DNA from: a virus
Taxonomy: Duplodnaviria > Caudoviricetes
Virus record (IMG/VR): IMGVR_UViG_3300006103_000528
Span: 1-39,172 of that record
Length of the DNA stretch: 39,172 bases
Reading direction: 5' to 3' (one strand)
Numbering within the stretch: the first letter of the stretch is position 1; every line of letters starts with the position of its first letter. The notes beneath the pieces are model-generated. The model worked only from the letters and a program-made list of their open reading frames with translations. It did not search any database and was not told where the DNA came from. Below, piece by piece: positions 9,102 to 17,075 of this stretch. The translations under genes and the position numbers were made by a program.

Positions 9102-10012
9102 AAGAATTATGGGTTGAAAAATATCGACCAAATACCCTAGACGGTTATGTGTTTAAAGACACGCATCAACGTGAGCAAATCGAAGGCTGGCTCAAAGAAG
9201 GTAGTATTCCTCACTTGCTGTTTAGCGGAAATGCAGGAGTTGGTAAGACTACCCTAGCTAAAATTTTGTTGAATAAACTAGGTGTACAAGATTGTGACGT
9301 GTTGTACGCTAACGGTTCTAAGGAAGCACGTAAGGTTGAATGGGTAGACAAGCTAATCGGCTTTTGTCAAACTATGCCGTTTGGCGACTTTAAAGTTGTC
9401 TTAATTGACGAAGCAGACTTTATGAATCCTAATTCAGTACAGCCTGCACTACGTAACTTAATGGAGGACTATAGTAACAGTGTTAGATTTATTCTAACTT
9501 GTAACTATCCTAATAAGATTCTGCCAGCGTTACACAGTCGATGCCAGAAAATGCATATCGAAAAAACTGACTTGACAGAATTTACAGCCCGAGTCGCTAC
9601 AATTTTAGTTGATGAAAATATTGAGTTTGATTTAGAAACATTAGATAGCTACGTCAAAGCAACTTACCCAGATTTACGTAAAACTATTAACAACGTTCAA
9701 ATGAACAGTATGGACGGTACCTTAAGAATCATCGAAGCTGCCGATGACAGTACTGATTATCGTGTTGAAATGGTTGCGTTATTTACAGCTGGTAAAATTA
9801 CCGAAGCACGTAAGCTAGTGTGTAGCCAAGCTCGACCAGAAGAGATGGAAGAAATCTATCGCTGGTTGTATGATAACGTAGAAATCTTTGGCGAAGAAGA
9901 CAAGCAAGACAAGGCAATTCTTATTATTAAGCAAGGCTTAGTTGATCATACGCTAGTTATGGATCCAGAAATTAATCTAGCCGCTACACTAATTAGACTC
10001 GGACATCTTTAA
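9098..10012 (+). CDS. Sliding-clamp loader AAA+ subunit (RFC small / T4 gp44-like)
   Basis: LWVEKYRP, Walker A GNAGVGKT, Walker B VVLIDEAD, RFILTCN, LHSRC, YPDLR; RBS GAGG. Confidence 0.93.
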   Translation: MKELWVEKYRPNTLDGYVFKDTHQREQIEGWLKEGSIPHLLFSGNAGVGKTTLAKILLNKLGVQDCDVLYANGSKEARKVEWVDKLIGFCQTMPFGDFKVVLIDEADFMNPNSVQPALRNLMEDYSNSVRFILTCNYPNKILPALHSRCQKMHIEKTDLTEFTARVATILVDENIEFDLETLDSYVKATYPDLRKTINNVQMNSMDGTLRIIEAADDSTDYRVEMVALFTAGKITEARKLVCSQARPEEMEEIYRWLYDNVEIFGEEDKQDKAILIIKQGLVDHTLVMDPEINLAATLIRLGHL

Positions 10013-10014
10013 TC

Positions 10015-10770
10015 ATGTGGCCATTTAAGAAAAAACTCGAACATCAAATTTACTTTGCCTGTGACGAGTGGGCTATTAGACAACATGCTCCTATCCGTCC
10101 AGCAAGCGAGTTTTTGCCTCCAGCATTTAAAGAAATGGCACTGTACTATAAAAAGTCTGCGAAGCCGATTGACAGTGACAAAACTGTTAAATCATGTCCA
10201 GGCATTATTGACTATTGCAGTACTGGGTTTGTTATTCCAGCTTGGTGTGATATTGAAATTGAACCGGGCCCTAATGGCAGAGTAGTAACTCGTTATAGTC
10301 ATTCTAAATACAAAGAAGGTGCCCAACCTAAAGATGCGCTACAAGGATTTATGGGTAACAAGTTTAAATTTGGAACTCCTGTTAAACTTGATAATCCGTG
10401 GACTGTATGGGCGGCAAAAGGTTACAGTTTGTTTTGGCAACCTATGTATTATTACGATGATACTCGTAATTGGGAAGCTATTCCTGGAATTATTGATCAC
10501 GACAAAGTTCCGTTGGTTCAACCTATTAACATTATGTTGAAACAGCCTAAGACTACAATTATTAAAATGGGTGAGCCGTTGGTACAGGTTATTCCTCTTA
10601 AACGTGAGGAGATTGTTGCTTTTTCAGGAGAGCTCAATCAGAATATGATCAAGCGACATAATTCACTTTCTTATCTTAAAGAAATGACATTTACCAGTTG
10701 GGTACGTTATATAAGAGAGAAGAAGTCCTATACCGTTGATGTCCACGATATAGAACTTCCCATTAAGTAA
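10015..10770 (+). CDS. Hypothetical protein, DUF6065-like/dUTPase-like fold suspected
   Basis: KSCPGIID..GFVIPAW, IPGIIDHD, IKMGEPLVQVIPLKRE pattern. Confidence 0.5.
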   Translation: MWPFKKKLEHQIYFACDEWAIRQHAPIRPASEFLPPAFKEMALYYKKSAKPIDSDKTVKSCPGIIDYCSTGFVIPAWCDIEIEPGPNGRVVTRYSHSKYKEGAQPKDALQGFMGNKFKFGTPVKLDNPWTVWAAKGYSLFWQPMYYYDDTRNWEAIPGIIDHDKVPLVQPINIMLKQPKTTIIKMGEPLVQVIPLKREEIVAFSGELNQNMIKRHNSLSYLKEMTFTSWVRYIREKKSYTVDVHDIELPIK

Positions 10771-10789
10771 CAAATTGCTATAACATTCT

Positions 10790-10819
10790 AAATAGGAGCA
10801 CCCATGCTCCTATTTTTTT
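10790..10819. terminator. Bidirectional intrinsic terminator between convergent genes
   Basis: AATAGGAGCA-CCCA-TGCTCCTATT followed by a T-run. Confidence 0.85.
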
Positions 10820-11537
10820 AGTCTCCATAAACCGCAAGCACCTCCTTCACGGCATTATGGCGTTCAATGTCTTTAGCTTCGAATTGTACTATGTCAATAT
10901 GTTTTAGAGCAGGTTTGGATGAAAGTAAATTACAAAAATCTATCAAACCATTATCACTAACACGATCAGCCTGAGCTAAGTCCCCAGTAACGACCATTTT
11001 ACTATTATCGCCTAGACGAGTTAGTAACATTTTCATTTGGTTGACTGTAGTATTCTGGCATTCATCTGCAACAATGTATGCATTTTTAAATGTGCGTCCA
11101 CGCATGTACGCAAGTGGGCTTATTTCAATGGTTCCATCCTCTAGCATTTTAGCTATGTCTTTTTGTTGGTAATACTCTCCTAGAACGTCGAATATAGGTC
11201 TTGTCCAAGGTGCCATCTTTTCATTTAGCGTACCTGGTAAAAATCCTAAATCCTCGTCTACAGAGACGGCGGGTCTTGTCACAATTATCTTATCAACTAA
11301 ACCTTCCTGATACAGTTTAATTCCTACTTGCACTGCCAACATTGTTTTACCCGTGCCGGCTGGCCCGATAGCTAAGATGATGCTTTTATTTTCATCTTGT
11401 AGCTTGTCAAGGTAAATCTTTTGGTTTGAATTTCGTGCATGAAGACTTACACGCTGTTTCTTTTGAGGAAGATATGGTTGAAAGTCAATTATGTTAACTT
11501 CTGATGTAAAACGCTTTTTCACTCGTTGTTTACTCAT
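10818..11537 (-). CDS. phoH: PhoH-family ATPase
   Basis: GPAGTGKT, TRPAV..DEDLGFLPG, PLAYMRGRTF, DECQN, LTRLG, GDLAQAD, DIERH. Confidence 0.96.
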   Translation of the reverse strand: MSKQRVKKRFTSEVNIIDFQPYLPQKKQRVSLHARNSNQKIYLDKLQDENKSIILAIGPAGTGKTMLAVQVGIKLYQEGLVDKIIVTRPAVSVDEDLGFLPGTLNEKMAPWTRPIFDVLGEYYQQKDIAKMLEDGTIEISPLAYMRGRTFKNAYIVADECQNTTVNQMKMLLTRLGDNSKMVVTGDLAQADRVSDNGLIDFCNLLSSKPALKHIDIVQFEAKDIERHNAVKEVLAVYGD

Positions 11538-11545
11538 CTAAGTTT

Positions 11546-11620
11546 GCTCCTACTCTTATAAAAAAGTAGGGCTTGTAGTGACCGCCTTTGATAACTACAG
11601 AGGCCCTACACTATTATTTA
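11546..11620 (-). promoter_or_regulatory. Structured 5' leader of phoH with upstream TAAATA element
   Basis: On -: TAAATA, then hairpin GTAGGGCCTCTGTAGT...ACTACAAGCCCTAC, TTTTTT and SD AGGAG. Confidence 0.6.
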
Positions 11621-11666
11621 ACAAATCCCTAGAAATATAAAGTGATACGTTATCGTTTTAAACCAG

Positions 11667-11673
11667 CTAAATA
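11667..11673 (+). promoter_or_regulatory. Putative late promoter (CTAAATA), divergent from phoH
   Basis: Recurrent motif, 26 nt before ATG 11700. Confidence 0.6.
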
Positions 11674-11699
11674 AGTATAGAAGACCCTAGGATTAACAC

Positions 11700-12269
11700 A
11701 TGCACCATGACATATTAGACGTTATAAAAAACATACAGGACTTGTACGAAAACAACAGTAGTTTAGCTGTTTTAAAGGACTTCGAACGGGTTCTAGATGA
11801 GTTAGATGTGTATGTTTACAAAAATTGGGAAGAAGGCGAGCTAGCCTATGGACCTAGAGTAGATCGTCATTGGATTACTGTTGGTTTCATGTGGCCTGAA
11901 GATAAAATGCCAGACCCAATCGGTGGCAAAAGATTAACTGATCTAGGGTGTAAAATTTCGTATGAAAAGAACTTTTTAATTGAGCCACGTAAGATTCGTA
12001 CACAAGATGACATTAGACCTAACAGTAAAAAAGGTCGATTAGATCGCCATCCAATTTGGATTGTAGAAATCAGAATGCCAAAGAAATTAGCATTTGATGT
12101 GTACAAAGGCTATATGGATAAAATGAAAAACGAATATAAAGAATCACAGGCTCCAAGTTCGGCAGCACCTGCTCCGGGCGGAGCACCAGCGGGAGCACCT
12201 GCAGGAGTTCCTCCAGCAGCCGGAGCACCAGCGGCACCAGCGGGCGCGGCACCTACACCAGCGGCATAA
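11700..12269 (+). CDS. Hypothetical phage protein with Ala/Pro/Gly tail
   Basis: 189-aa ORF; globular N-terminal part, GAPAG-repeat C-terminus. Confidence 0.8.
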   Translation: MHHDILDVIKNIQDLYENNSSLAVLKDFERVLDELDVYVYKNWEEGELAYGPRVDRHWITVGFMWPEDKMPDPIGGKRLTDLGCKISYEKNFLIEPRKIRTQDDIRPNSKKGRLDRHPIWIVEIRMPKKLAFDVYKGYMDKMKNEYKESQAPSSAAPAPGGAPAGAPAGVPPAAGAPAAPAGAAPTPAA

Positions 12270-12270
12270 C

Positions 12271-13005
12271 ATGACATATATTACAGAAAATCTTAGAGCA
12301 GGTGATTTAGAACACTTAGTTAAAAAAGTGTTTGAAATTGATTCGTTTAAAAGTAAAACAGGCGATGATGAAGACATTGTTGTATTAAGTTTTACTGTAG
12401 ATCAAGAAGATGCTGCCAAAGATCTAGAAAATTTTATTGAAATGGGCTACGAATTTGTCTTAGATGCAGATGCTACCCCAGGTGAAACTGATGATGGAAA
12501 TTATCGAGTATATGTAGAGCTTGAACGTAATCGTCATGTTGCTAAACAAATTAGAGAAATTGTTGACGGCATAATTTTACTAACTGGCTTAGACTATATG
12601 CGTTTCCGTTATTTTAAAAGTTTTAAAAGCCAAGTTGCTACTGAAGAAAATTTATCAGCTATTGTGCCTACAGATAAAAATGCCTACAATATTGCAACTG
12701 AAGAACATAAATTAAATAACTTTAGCGAATTTTTTAAGAATAGTTACGCAGAAGAATTAAAATTATTAGATGAATCTATTACATTTAAAAGAATGTACGG
12801 AGAACAAATTAAGTTTAACATTATAGAAAGTGGACCTAAGCAACAAGTGTATAATAATACAAAAGGTCCTATTATGTTAGAAAGTAAAGATATATCAGAA
12901 GTACTGTTTTTAACTAAAGTAATTGGTAACTATAATATTACTAAAATCGGTAATAAATTTATATTTGAAAACAGCGGCTGGGCCGTTGCATTGGAAAGGA
13001 AATAA
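12271..13005 (+). CDS. Hypothetical phage protein, possibly head-associated
   Basis: 244-aa ORF; begins MTYITE|N, similar to the putative protease tags at 20-29 kb. Confidence 0.75.
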   Translation: MTYITENLRAGDLEHLVKKVFEIDSFKSKTGDDEDIVVLSFTVDQEDAAKDLENFIEMGYEFVLDADATPGETDDGNYRVYVELERNRHVAKQIREIVDGIILLTGLDYMRFRYFKSFKSQVATEENLSAIVPTDKNAYNIATEEHKLNNFSEFFKNSYAEELKLLDESITFKRMYGEQIKFNIIESGPKQQVYNNTKGPIMLESKDISEVLFLTKVIGNYNITKIGNKFIFENSGWAVALERK

Positions 13006-13006
13006 C

Positions 13007-13636
13007 ATGGCAGATTTTACATTTGATTTTTCACAAGAGAAATGCACAGCAATACTACAAAATAATCCATATTCAGAGCATTGGCACGAAGCATTGTGCA
13101 AAATTTTGCCAGACTATGACATTAACACACCGGAACGTGTAGCATGTTTCTTAGGACAAACTATGGTAGAAAGTGCTGGATACAAAGCACTTGTAGAAAA
13201 CTTAAACTACAAACCAGAAACATTAGTTAAAATTTGGCCTAGTCACTTTCCTAGTATGGAAGTTGCTAATGAATACGCACATCAACCAGAAAAGATTGCC
13301 AACAGAGCCTACGCAGGACGTATGGGTAACGGCGATGAAGCAAGTGGTGATGGTTGGAACTACTGCGGGCGTGGATTGATTCAAATCACCGGTAAGGCTA
13401 ACTACGCTCGTTTTGCAGAAAGCATTGATACTCCAGTAGAACAAGTTCCCGAATTCCTAGGTACATTTGAAGGTGCTGTACAAAGTGCTTGCTGGTTCTG
13501 GGAAGCTAACAATCTTAATGCTCTAGCAGATAATGGCGATGTTTTAGGTATTACTAAGAAAGTAAACGGCGGAACATTAGGTTTACAAGAGCGTCAGCAA
13601 CATACAGCTCAAGCACATCAAATACTACAAGGTTAA
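13007..13636 (+). CDS. Glycoside hydrolase family 19 endolysin
   Basis: FLGQTMVESAG, LVENLNY, IANRAYAGRMGNG, YCGRGLIQITGKANY, SACWFW, ITKKVNGG; RBS AAGGA before ATG 13007. Confidence 0.92.
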   Translation: MADFTFDFSQEKCTAILQNNPYSEHWHEALCKILPDYDINTPERVACFLGQTMVESAGYKALVENLNYKPETLVKIWPSHFPSMEVANEYAHQPEKIANRAYAGRMGNGDEASGDGWNYCGRGLIQITGKANYARFAESIDTPVEQVPEFLGTFEGAVQSACWFWEANNLNALADNGDVLGITKKVNGGTLGLQERQQHTAQAHQILQG

Positions 13637-13638
13637 TT

Positions 13639-14130
13639 ATGTTTGCATGGCTCATACAACAGATTATAGGCGATTTGCCCAGTTGGTTATGGCCAGCGAT
13701 TGCAGGCGGTGGATTTGCAATATATTTCTTTTCAGGAGTATTAAGTCATTTTCCACAAATAAAACCATATACATTTTTACTTAGACCCGCAGGGCTGGCA
13801 TTAACAATATTTGGAATTTTCATGTATGGCGGTGCAGGTGTAAGTGCTATCTATCGTGAACAAATACAAGAAATGGAAGCAAAAATGGCAGTTGCGCAAC
13901 AAGCTAGCAAAGACACTAATGTTTTAGTTGAACAAAAACATCAACAAAAAGTTAAAGTAATACACGATACTAAAATTGTTGTGCAAAAAGAAATACAAAC
14001 AGTTGAAAAACGCATTGATGCAGAATGTAAATTAGATCCGGCGGTAGTTAAAATTATCAATGAGGCTGCTAAAAATCCTAATACTACTAAAGGTACAGTT
14101 AGCGTAGAAGTTACCGGAGACAAAAAATGA
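13639..14130 (+). CDS. Inner-membrane spanin (Rz-like)
   Basis: N-terminal TM segments, then coiled coil and C-terminal Cys; lies between the endolysin and a lipoprotein. Confidence 0.72.
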   Translation: MFAWLIQQIIGDLPSWLWPAIAGGGFAIYFFSGVLSHFPQIKPYTFLLRPAGLALTIFGIFMYGGAGVSAIYREQIQEMEAKMAVAQQASKDTNVLVEQKHQQKVKVIHDTKIVVQKEIQTVEKRIDAECKLDPAVVKIINEAAKNPNTTKGTVSVEVTGDKK

Positions 14131-14405
14131 GATTAATTAGTGTACTATTAATTTTATTAATGCTTACAGCATGTGCTAGTAATAATTCTAAAGTATTAGT
14201 TCAAATGAAATTTCCGGATGTTCCTCCAGAATTGTTAATTGAATGTCCGGATCTTGCACAAGTTGATACGTCAACTAGCAAATTAAGTGATGTGTTGGAA
14301 ACTGTCACAGATAACTACAGTGATTATTACGAATGTAAAGACAAAGTAGATACGTGGGTAGATTGGTATACAAAACAGAAACAGATTTTTGATAACATAA
14401 AATAA
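14127..14405 (+). CDS. Outer-membrane lipoprotein spanin (Rz1-like)
   Basis: Lipobox LTAC after a hydrophobic signal; PDVPPELLIECP; second Cys YYEC; ATGA overlap. Confidence 0.8.
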   Translation: MRLISVLLILLMLTACASNNSKVLVQMKFPDVPPELLIECPDLAQVDTSTSKLSDVLETVTDNYSDYYECKDKVDTWVDWYTKQKQIFDNIK

Positions 14406-14416
14406 AGGATATTATC

Positions 14417-14779
14417 ATGGGATTTTTTACTAAAATAGAACAACTAACTGCTAGCAAATTAAAAAATATTTTTTTAGATGCTGATAAATTAGTTTCAGAT
14501 TCTGAAGATGCTATTAAGGCATTGGAAGCAAAGTTAATTTCTGAAAAACAAAAAATAGCCGACCTAGCACATCAAGCACATCAAGCGGCTATAGCGGCTG
14601 CCGAAAAAGCAAAGAAAGAAGCAGAAGACTTAGTAGATGCGGCGTGGCAAGCTGAACAACGAGCTTTGAAACATACCGCAAATATTCCTCAGCCAACTGC
14701 TCAAATTGAGCCAACATTAGGTAATGTTGTCCCAAACGACTCATTAGCAACGCCAGAGACACCTCCGACGAATCCGTAA
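14417..14779 (+). CDS. Hypothetical coiled-coil protein
   Basis: RBS AAGGA; Ala/Glu/Lys heptads. Confidence 0.7.
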   Translation: MGFFTKIEQLTASKLKNIFLDADKLVSDSEDAIKALEAKLISEKQKIADLAHQAHQAAIAAAEKAKKEAEDLVDAAWQAEQRALKHTANIPQPTAQIEPTLGNVVPNDSLATPETPPTNP

Positions 14780-14785
14780 TAAATA
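14779..14785 (+). promoter_or_regulatory. Putative late promoter (ATAAATA)
   Basis: Recurrent motif, 26 nt before the holin ATG. Confidence 0.55.
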
Positions 14786-14811
14786 CGTATATAAAGACAA
14801 AGGAGCGAACT

Positions 14812-15504
14812 ATGTCAGAAAAGAAAGAAAGAGATCCCGAATGGATGCAGAAGTTATGGCGTCCAGCGATGGGTTGGATGTACATGCTGATCTGTTTATT
14901 GGACATGGCAGTATTTCCAGTATGTTGGTCATTGTTGCAGGCAATGATGCACATGCCAATTACACAATGGAATCCACTGACATTACAAGGTGCAGGATTG
15001 TTTCACATTGCAATGGGTGCGGTATTAGGTATTAGTGCGTTTGGTCGTACACAGGAGAAGTTAGCAGGTACAGCCGCTAACCCAACAGCAACAAGTCAAA
15101 TAATGACAACCAACACTAACATGTCCGGTGTTCCAGCAGGAATGCAAGGTGGCATGGGTGGTGGCGGAATGGGTGGTGGCTTTGGCGGAAGCTCAGGTGG
15201 CTTTGGCGCACCAGCAGGCGGTGGTTTTGGAGGAGCATCAAATGGCGGATTCGGTTCATCAACAGGCGGGGCTTCAGCATTTGGCGCACCTGCGACAGGA
15301 GGATTCGGAGCACCAACCGGTGGCTTTGGTTCACCAGCTCCAGCATCCGGAGGGTTTGGGTCTACTACGCCAAGCGCACCGGCAACAAGTGGCTTTGGCG
15401 GAGGCGGGTTTGGAAGCACACCTACAGCAACAACGTTAGCAGTCCCAACAGTAAACGCAAGTGGTAAAAAAGTTATTCCAACTTTTGACCAACCAGCACT
15501 ATAA
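14812..15504 (+). CDS. Holin-like membrane protein (GTA 3TM holin-like) with FG-repeat tail
   Basis: WRPAMGW..., LGISAFGRTQEK resemble the 3TM-holin WRP..GW and LG..G.RT.EK motifs; lies in the lysis cassette; RBS AAGGAG. Confidence 0.72.
   Translation: MSEKKERDPEWMQKLWRPAMGWMYMLICLLDMAVFPVCWSLLQAMMHMPITQWNPLTLQGAGLFHIAMGAVLGISAFGRTQEKLAGTAANPTATSQIMTTNTNMSGVPAGMQGGMGGGGMGGGFGGSSGGFGAPAGGGFGGASNGGFGSSTGGASAFGAPATGGFGAPTGGFGSPAPASGGFGSTTPSAPATSGFGGGGFGSTPTATTLAVPTVNASGKKVIPTFDQPAL
15148..15417 (+). repeat. Degenerate GGFG(A/S/G) coding repeat, 10 FG units
   Basis: Ten FG dipeptides with G/S/A/P/T spacers; codons are diversified. Confidence 0.9.
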
Positions 15505-15515
15505 AGGAAAATAAA

Positions 15516-15686
15516 ATGAAAAAATTATTAGCATTATTAGTAGCAAGTTGTTTTTTAGCTAGCCCAGTAATGGCCGAGAAGAAATCAGCGCCTGCTAAGA
15601 AAGAAGTTAAGCATCATAAAAAAGCAGAAGGAACACAAGTAGCCGGAACTAAACCAGATACAGTGGCGCCAAAAAAGAAAAAGTAA
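15516..15686 (+). CDS. Small secreted basic protein (56 aa), absent from the ORF track
   Basis: MKKLLALLVASCFLASPVMA-EKKSAPAKKEVKHHKKAEGTQVAGTKPDTVAPKKKK; RBS AAGGA; Sec-type signal peptide. Confidence 0.8.
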   Translation: MKKLLALLVASCFLASPVMAEKKSAPAKKEVKHHKKAEGTQVAGTKPDTVAPKKKK

Positions 15687-15698
15687 GCACTCAAATAC

Positions 15699-15727
15699 TT
15701 GACGGGCTCCGCTAAAGATAGTATAAT
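15699..15727 (+). promoter_or_regulatory. Sigma70-type promoter for dnaJ
   Basis: TTGACG(15699)-17-TATAAT(15722). Confidence 0.75.
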
Positions 15728-15751
15728 TACTATATTAACGGAGCCTTTTTT
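15705..15751 (+). terminator. Intrinsic terminator overlapping the promoter
   Basis: GGCTCCG...ATAGTA-TAAT-TACTAT...CGGAGCC followed by TTTTTT. Confidence 0.65.
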
Positions 15752-15757
15752 ACGACT

Positions 15758-16615
15758 ATGACTGATTATTACCAAACACTAGGTGTTAGCGAAAGTGCTA
15801 GCCCAGAAGAAATAAAAAAAGCATACAGATCTTTGGCTAATAAACATCACCCAGATAAAGGTGGAGACCAAGCCAAATTTAAAGACATTAGTGTTGCATA
15901 CGACACACTAAGTGACGCACAGAAAAAAGCTGAATACGATCAACAACGTATGTATGGCGGTGGACCTGAAGTAAGATTTACTACCGGTGGGTTTGATCCG
16001 TTTGGACATATGTTTGGTCAAGGCTTTCCACAAGGTCATCCTTTTGGAGATATATTCGGTAACATGCGTGGACAAATGCGTCGAAATAGAGACTTGAATA
16101 TACAATGCCAGATATCTATTTTAGACAGCTATCTAGGAAAACAATTAGAAGCAAATTACAAAATGCCAAGCGGTGTGACTCAAACAGTAGTCATTAATGT
16201 GCCGCCTGGTATAAGCCACGGAGAAACTATTCGATATAACGGGCTTGGAGACGATAGTGTACCAGGAGCTCCTAGAGGAAATCTTAATGTAACCATTGTA
16301 GTCTTGCCAGATGCTAACTTTAGAAGAGCCGGTGATGATATGTACACTACGTTATACATATCTCCAATTGAAGCTATGATCGGTTGTAATAAAAGTGTTA
16401 AAACAATCACTGGTCAAAAATTAGATGTTGACATTCGTCCAGGTATCGAGTCTGGCGCAGAATTCGCCAGCAACGGTAACGGTTTCCCTAATATTAATAC
16501 TGGTCAGAAAGGTCGATTAGTAATCGTTGTAAACATTAAAACTCCAGCAATTACTGATCCTAGTCTAGTAGAAAAACTTAAAGCACTAAATGTTGAAATT
16601 AGTTCAAGATCCTGA
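15758..16615 (+). CDS. dnaJ: DnaJ/CbpA-type J-domain protein lacking the zinc finger
   Basis: DYYQTLGV, IKKAYR.LA.KHHPDKGG (HPD), G/F-rich linker, C-terminal DnaJ_C domain. Confidence 0.93.
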   Translation: MTDYYQTLGVSESASPEEIKKAYRSLANKHHPDKGGDQAKFKDISVAYDTLSDAQKKAEYDQQRMYGGGPEVRFTTGGFDPFGHMFGQGFPQGHPFGDIFGNMRGQMRRNRDLNIQCQISILDSYLGKQLEANYKMPSGVTQTVVINVPPGISHGETIRYNGLGDDSVPGAPRGNLNVTIVVLPDANFRRAGDDMYTTLYISPIEAMIGCNKSVKTITGQKLDVDIRPGIESGAEFASNGNGFPNINTGQKGRLVIVVNIKTPAITDPSLVEKLKALNVEISSRS

Positions 16616-17075
16616 TCCAATACTAAAACAAAAAGCCGAACCGTGGGACTTTGAAAATCACGTTAATGCCGCAGTAATCGAACGTGAAATGCTTGAGATT
16701 ATGCGAGCATCTAACGGTATCGGTCTTGCTGGTAACCAAGTTGGATTACTACGTAGAGTGTTTGTTATGAAATTGCAAGACGGACGTGAATTGGGATTTT
16801 TTAATCCGTGGATCTTGTTAGGCGATAATAACTTTGTCAGTGGCGAAGAAGGTTGTCTGAGCTTTCCTAATTTATGGTTGAAAGTTGCTCGTCATAATAA
16901 AATTACAGCCATGTATCTTGACAATACAAACAAAAAATGTATAATAGAACTTGAGGGTATTGATGCTAGATGCTTTCAACATGAGTTGGATCATTTAGAT
17001 GGAATAACATTTACAGAATACGTAAGTGATTTAAAATTAAAAATGGCAAAGAAAAAACAAAGGAAATTTAAATAA
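16590..17075 (+). CDS. def: Peptide deformylase
   Basis: GIGLAGNQVG, EGCLS, QHELDHLDG. Confidence 0.96.
   Translation: MLKLVQDPDPILKQKAEPWDFENHVNAAVIEREMLEIMRASNGIGLAGNQVGLLRRVFVMKLQDGRELGFFNPWILLGDNNFVSGEEGCLSFPNLWLKVARHNKITAMYLDNTNKKCIIELEGIDARCFQHELDHLDGITFTEYVSDLKLKMAKKKQRKFK
16918..16945 (+). promoter_or_regulatory. Consensus sigma70 promoter inside def, upstream of clpA
   Basis: TTGACA(16918)-16-TATAAT(16940). Confidence 0.6.

Noticed and set aside
12149-12266. GC-rich GGAGCACCAGC-like repeats as a possible CRISPR array or foreign insert
   Set aside because: These are irregular in-frame Ala/Pro/Gly codons with no repeat-spacer periodicity
15148-15417. FG repeats as evidence of eukaryotic nucleoporin transfer or contamination
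   Set aside because: The tract is in frame with a phage holin domain in a continuous lysis cassette; low-complexity similarity does not show homology
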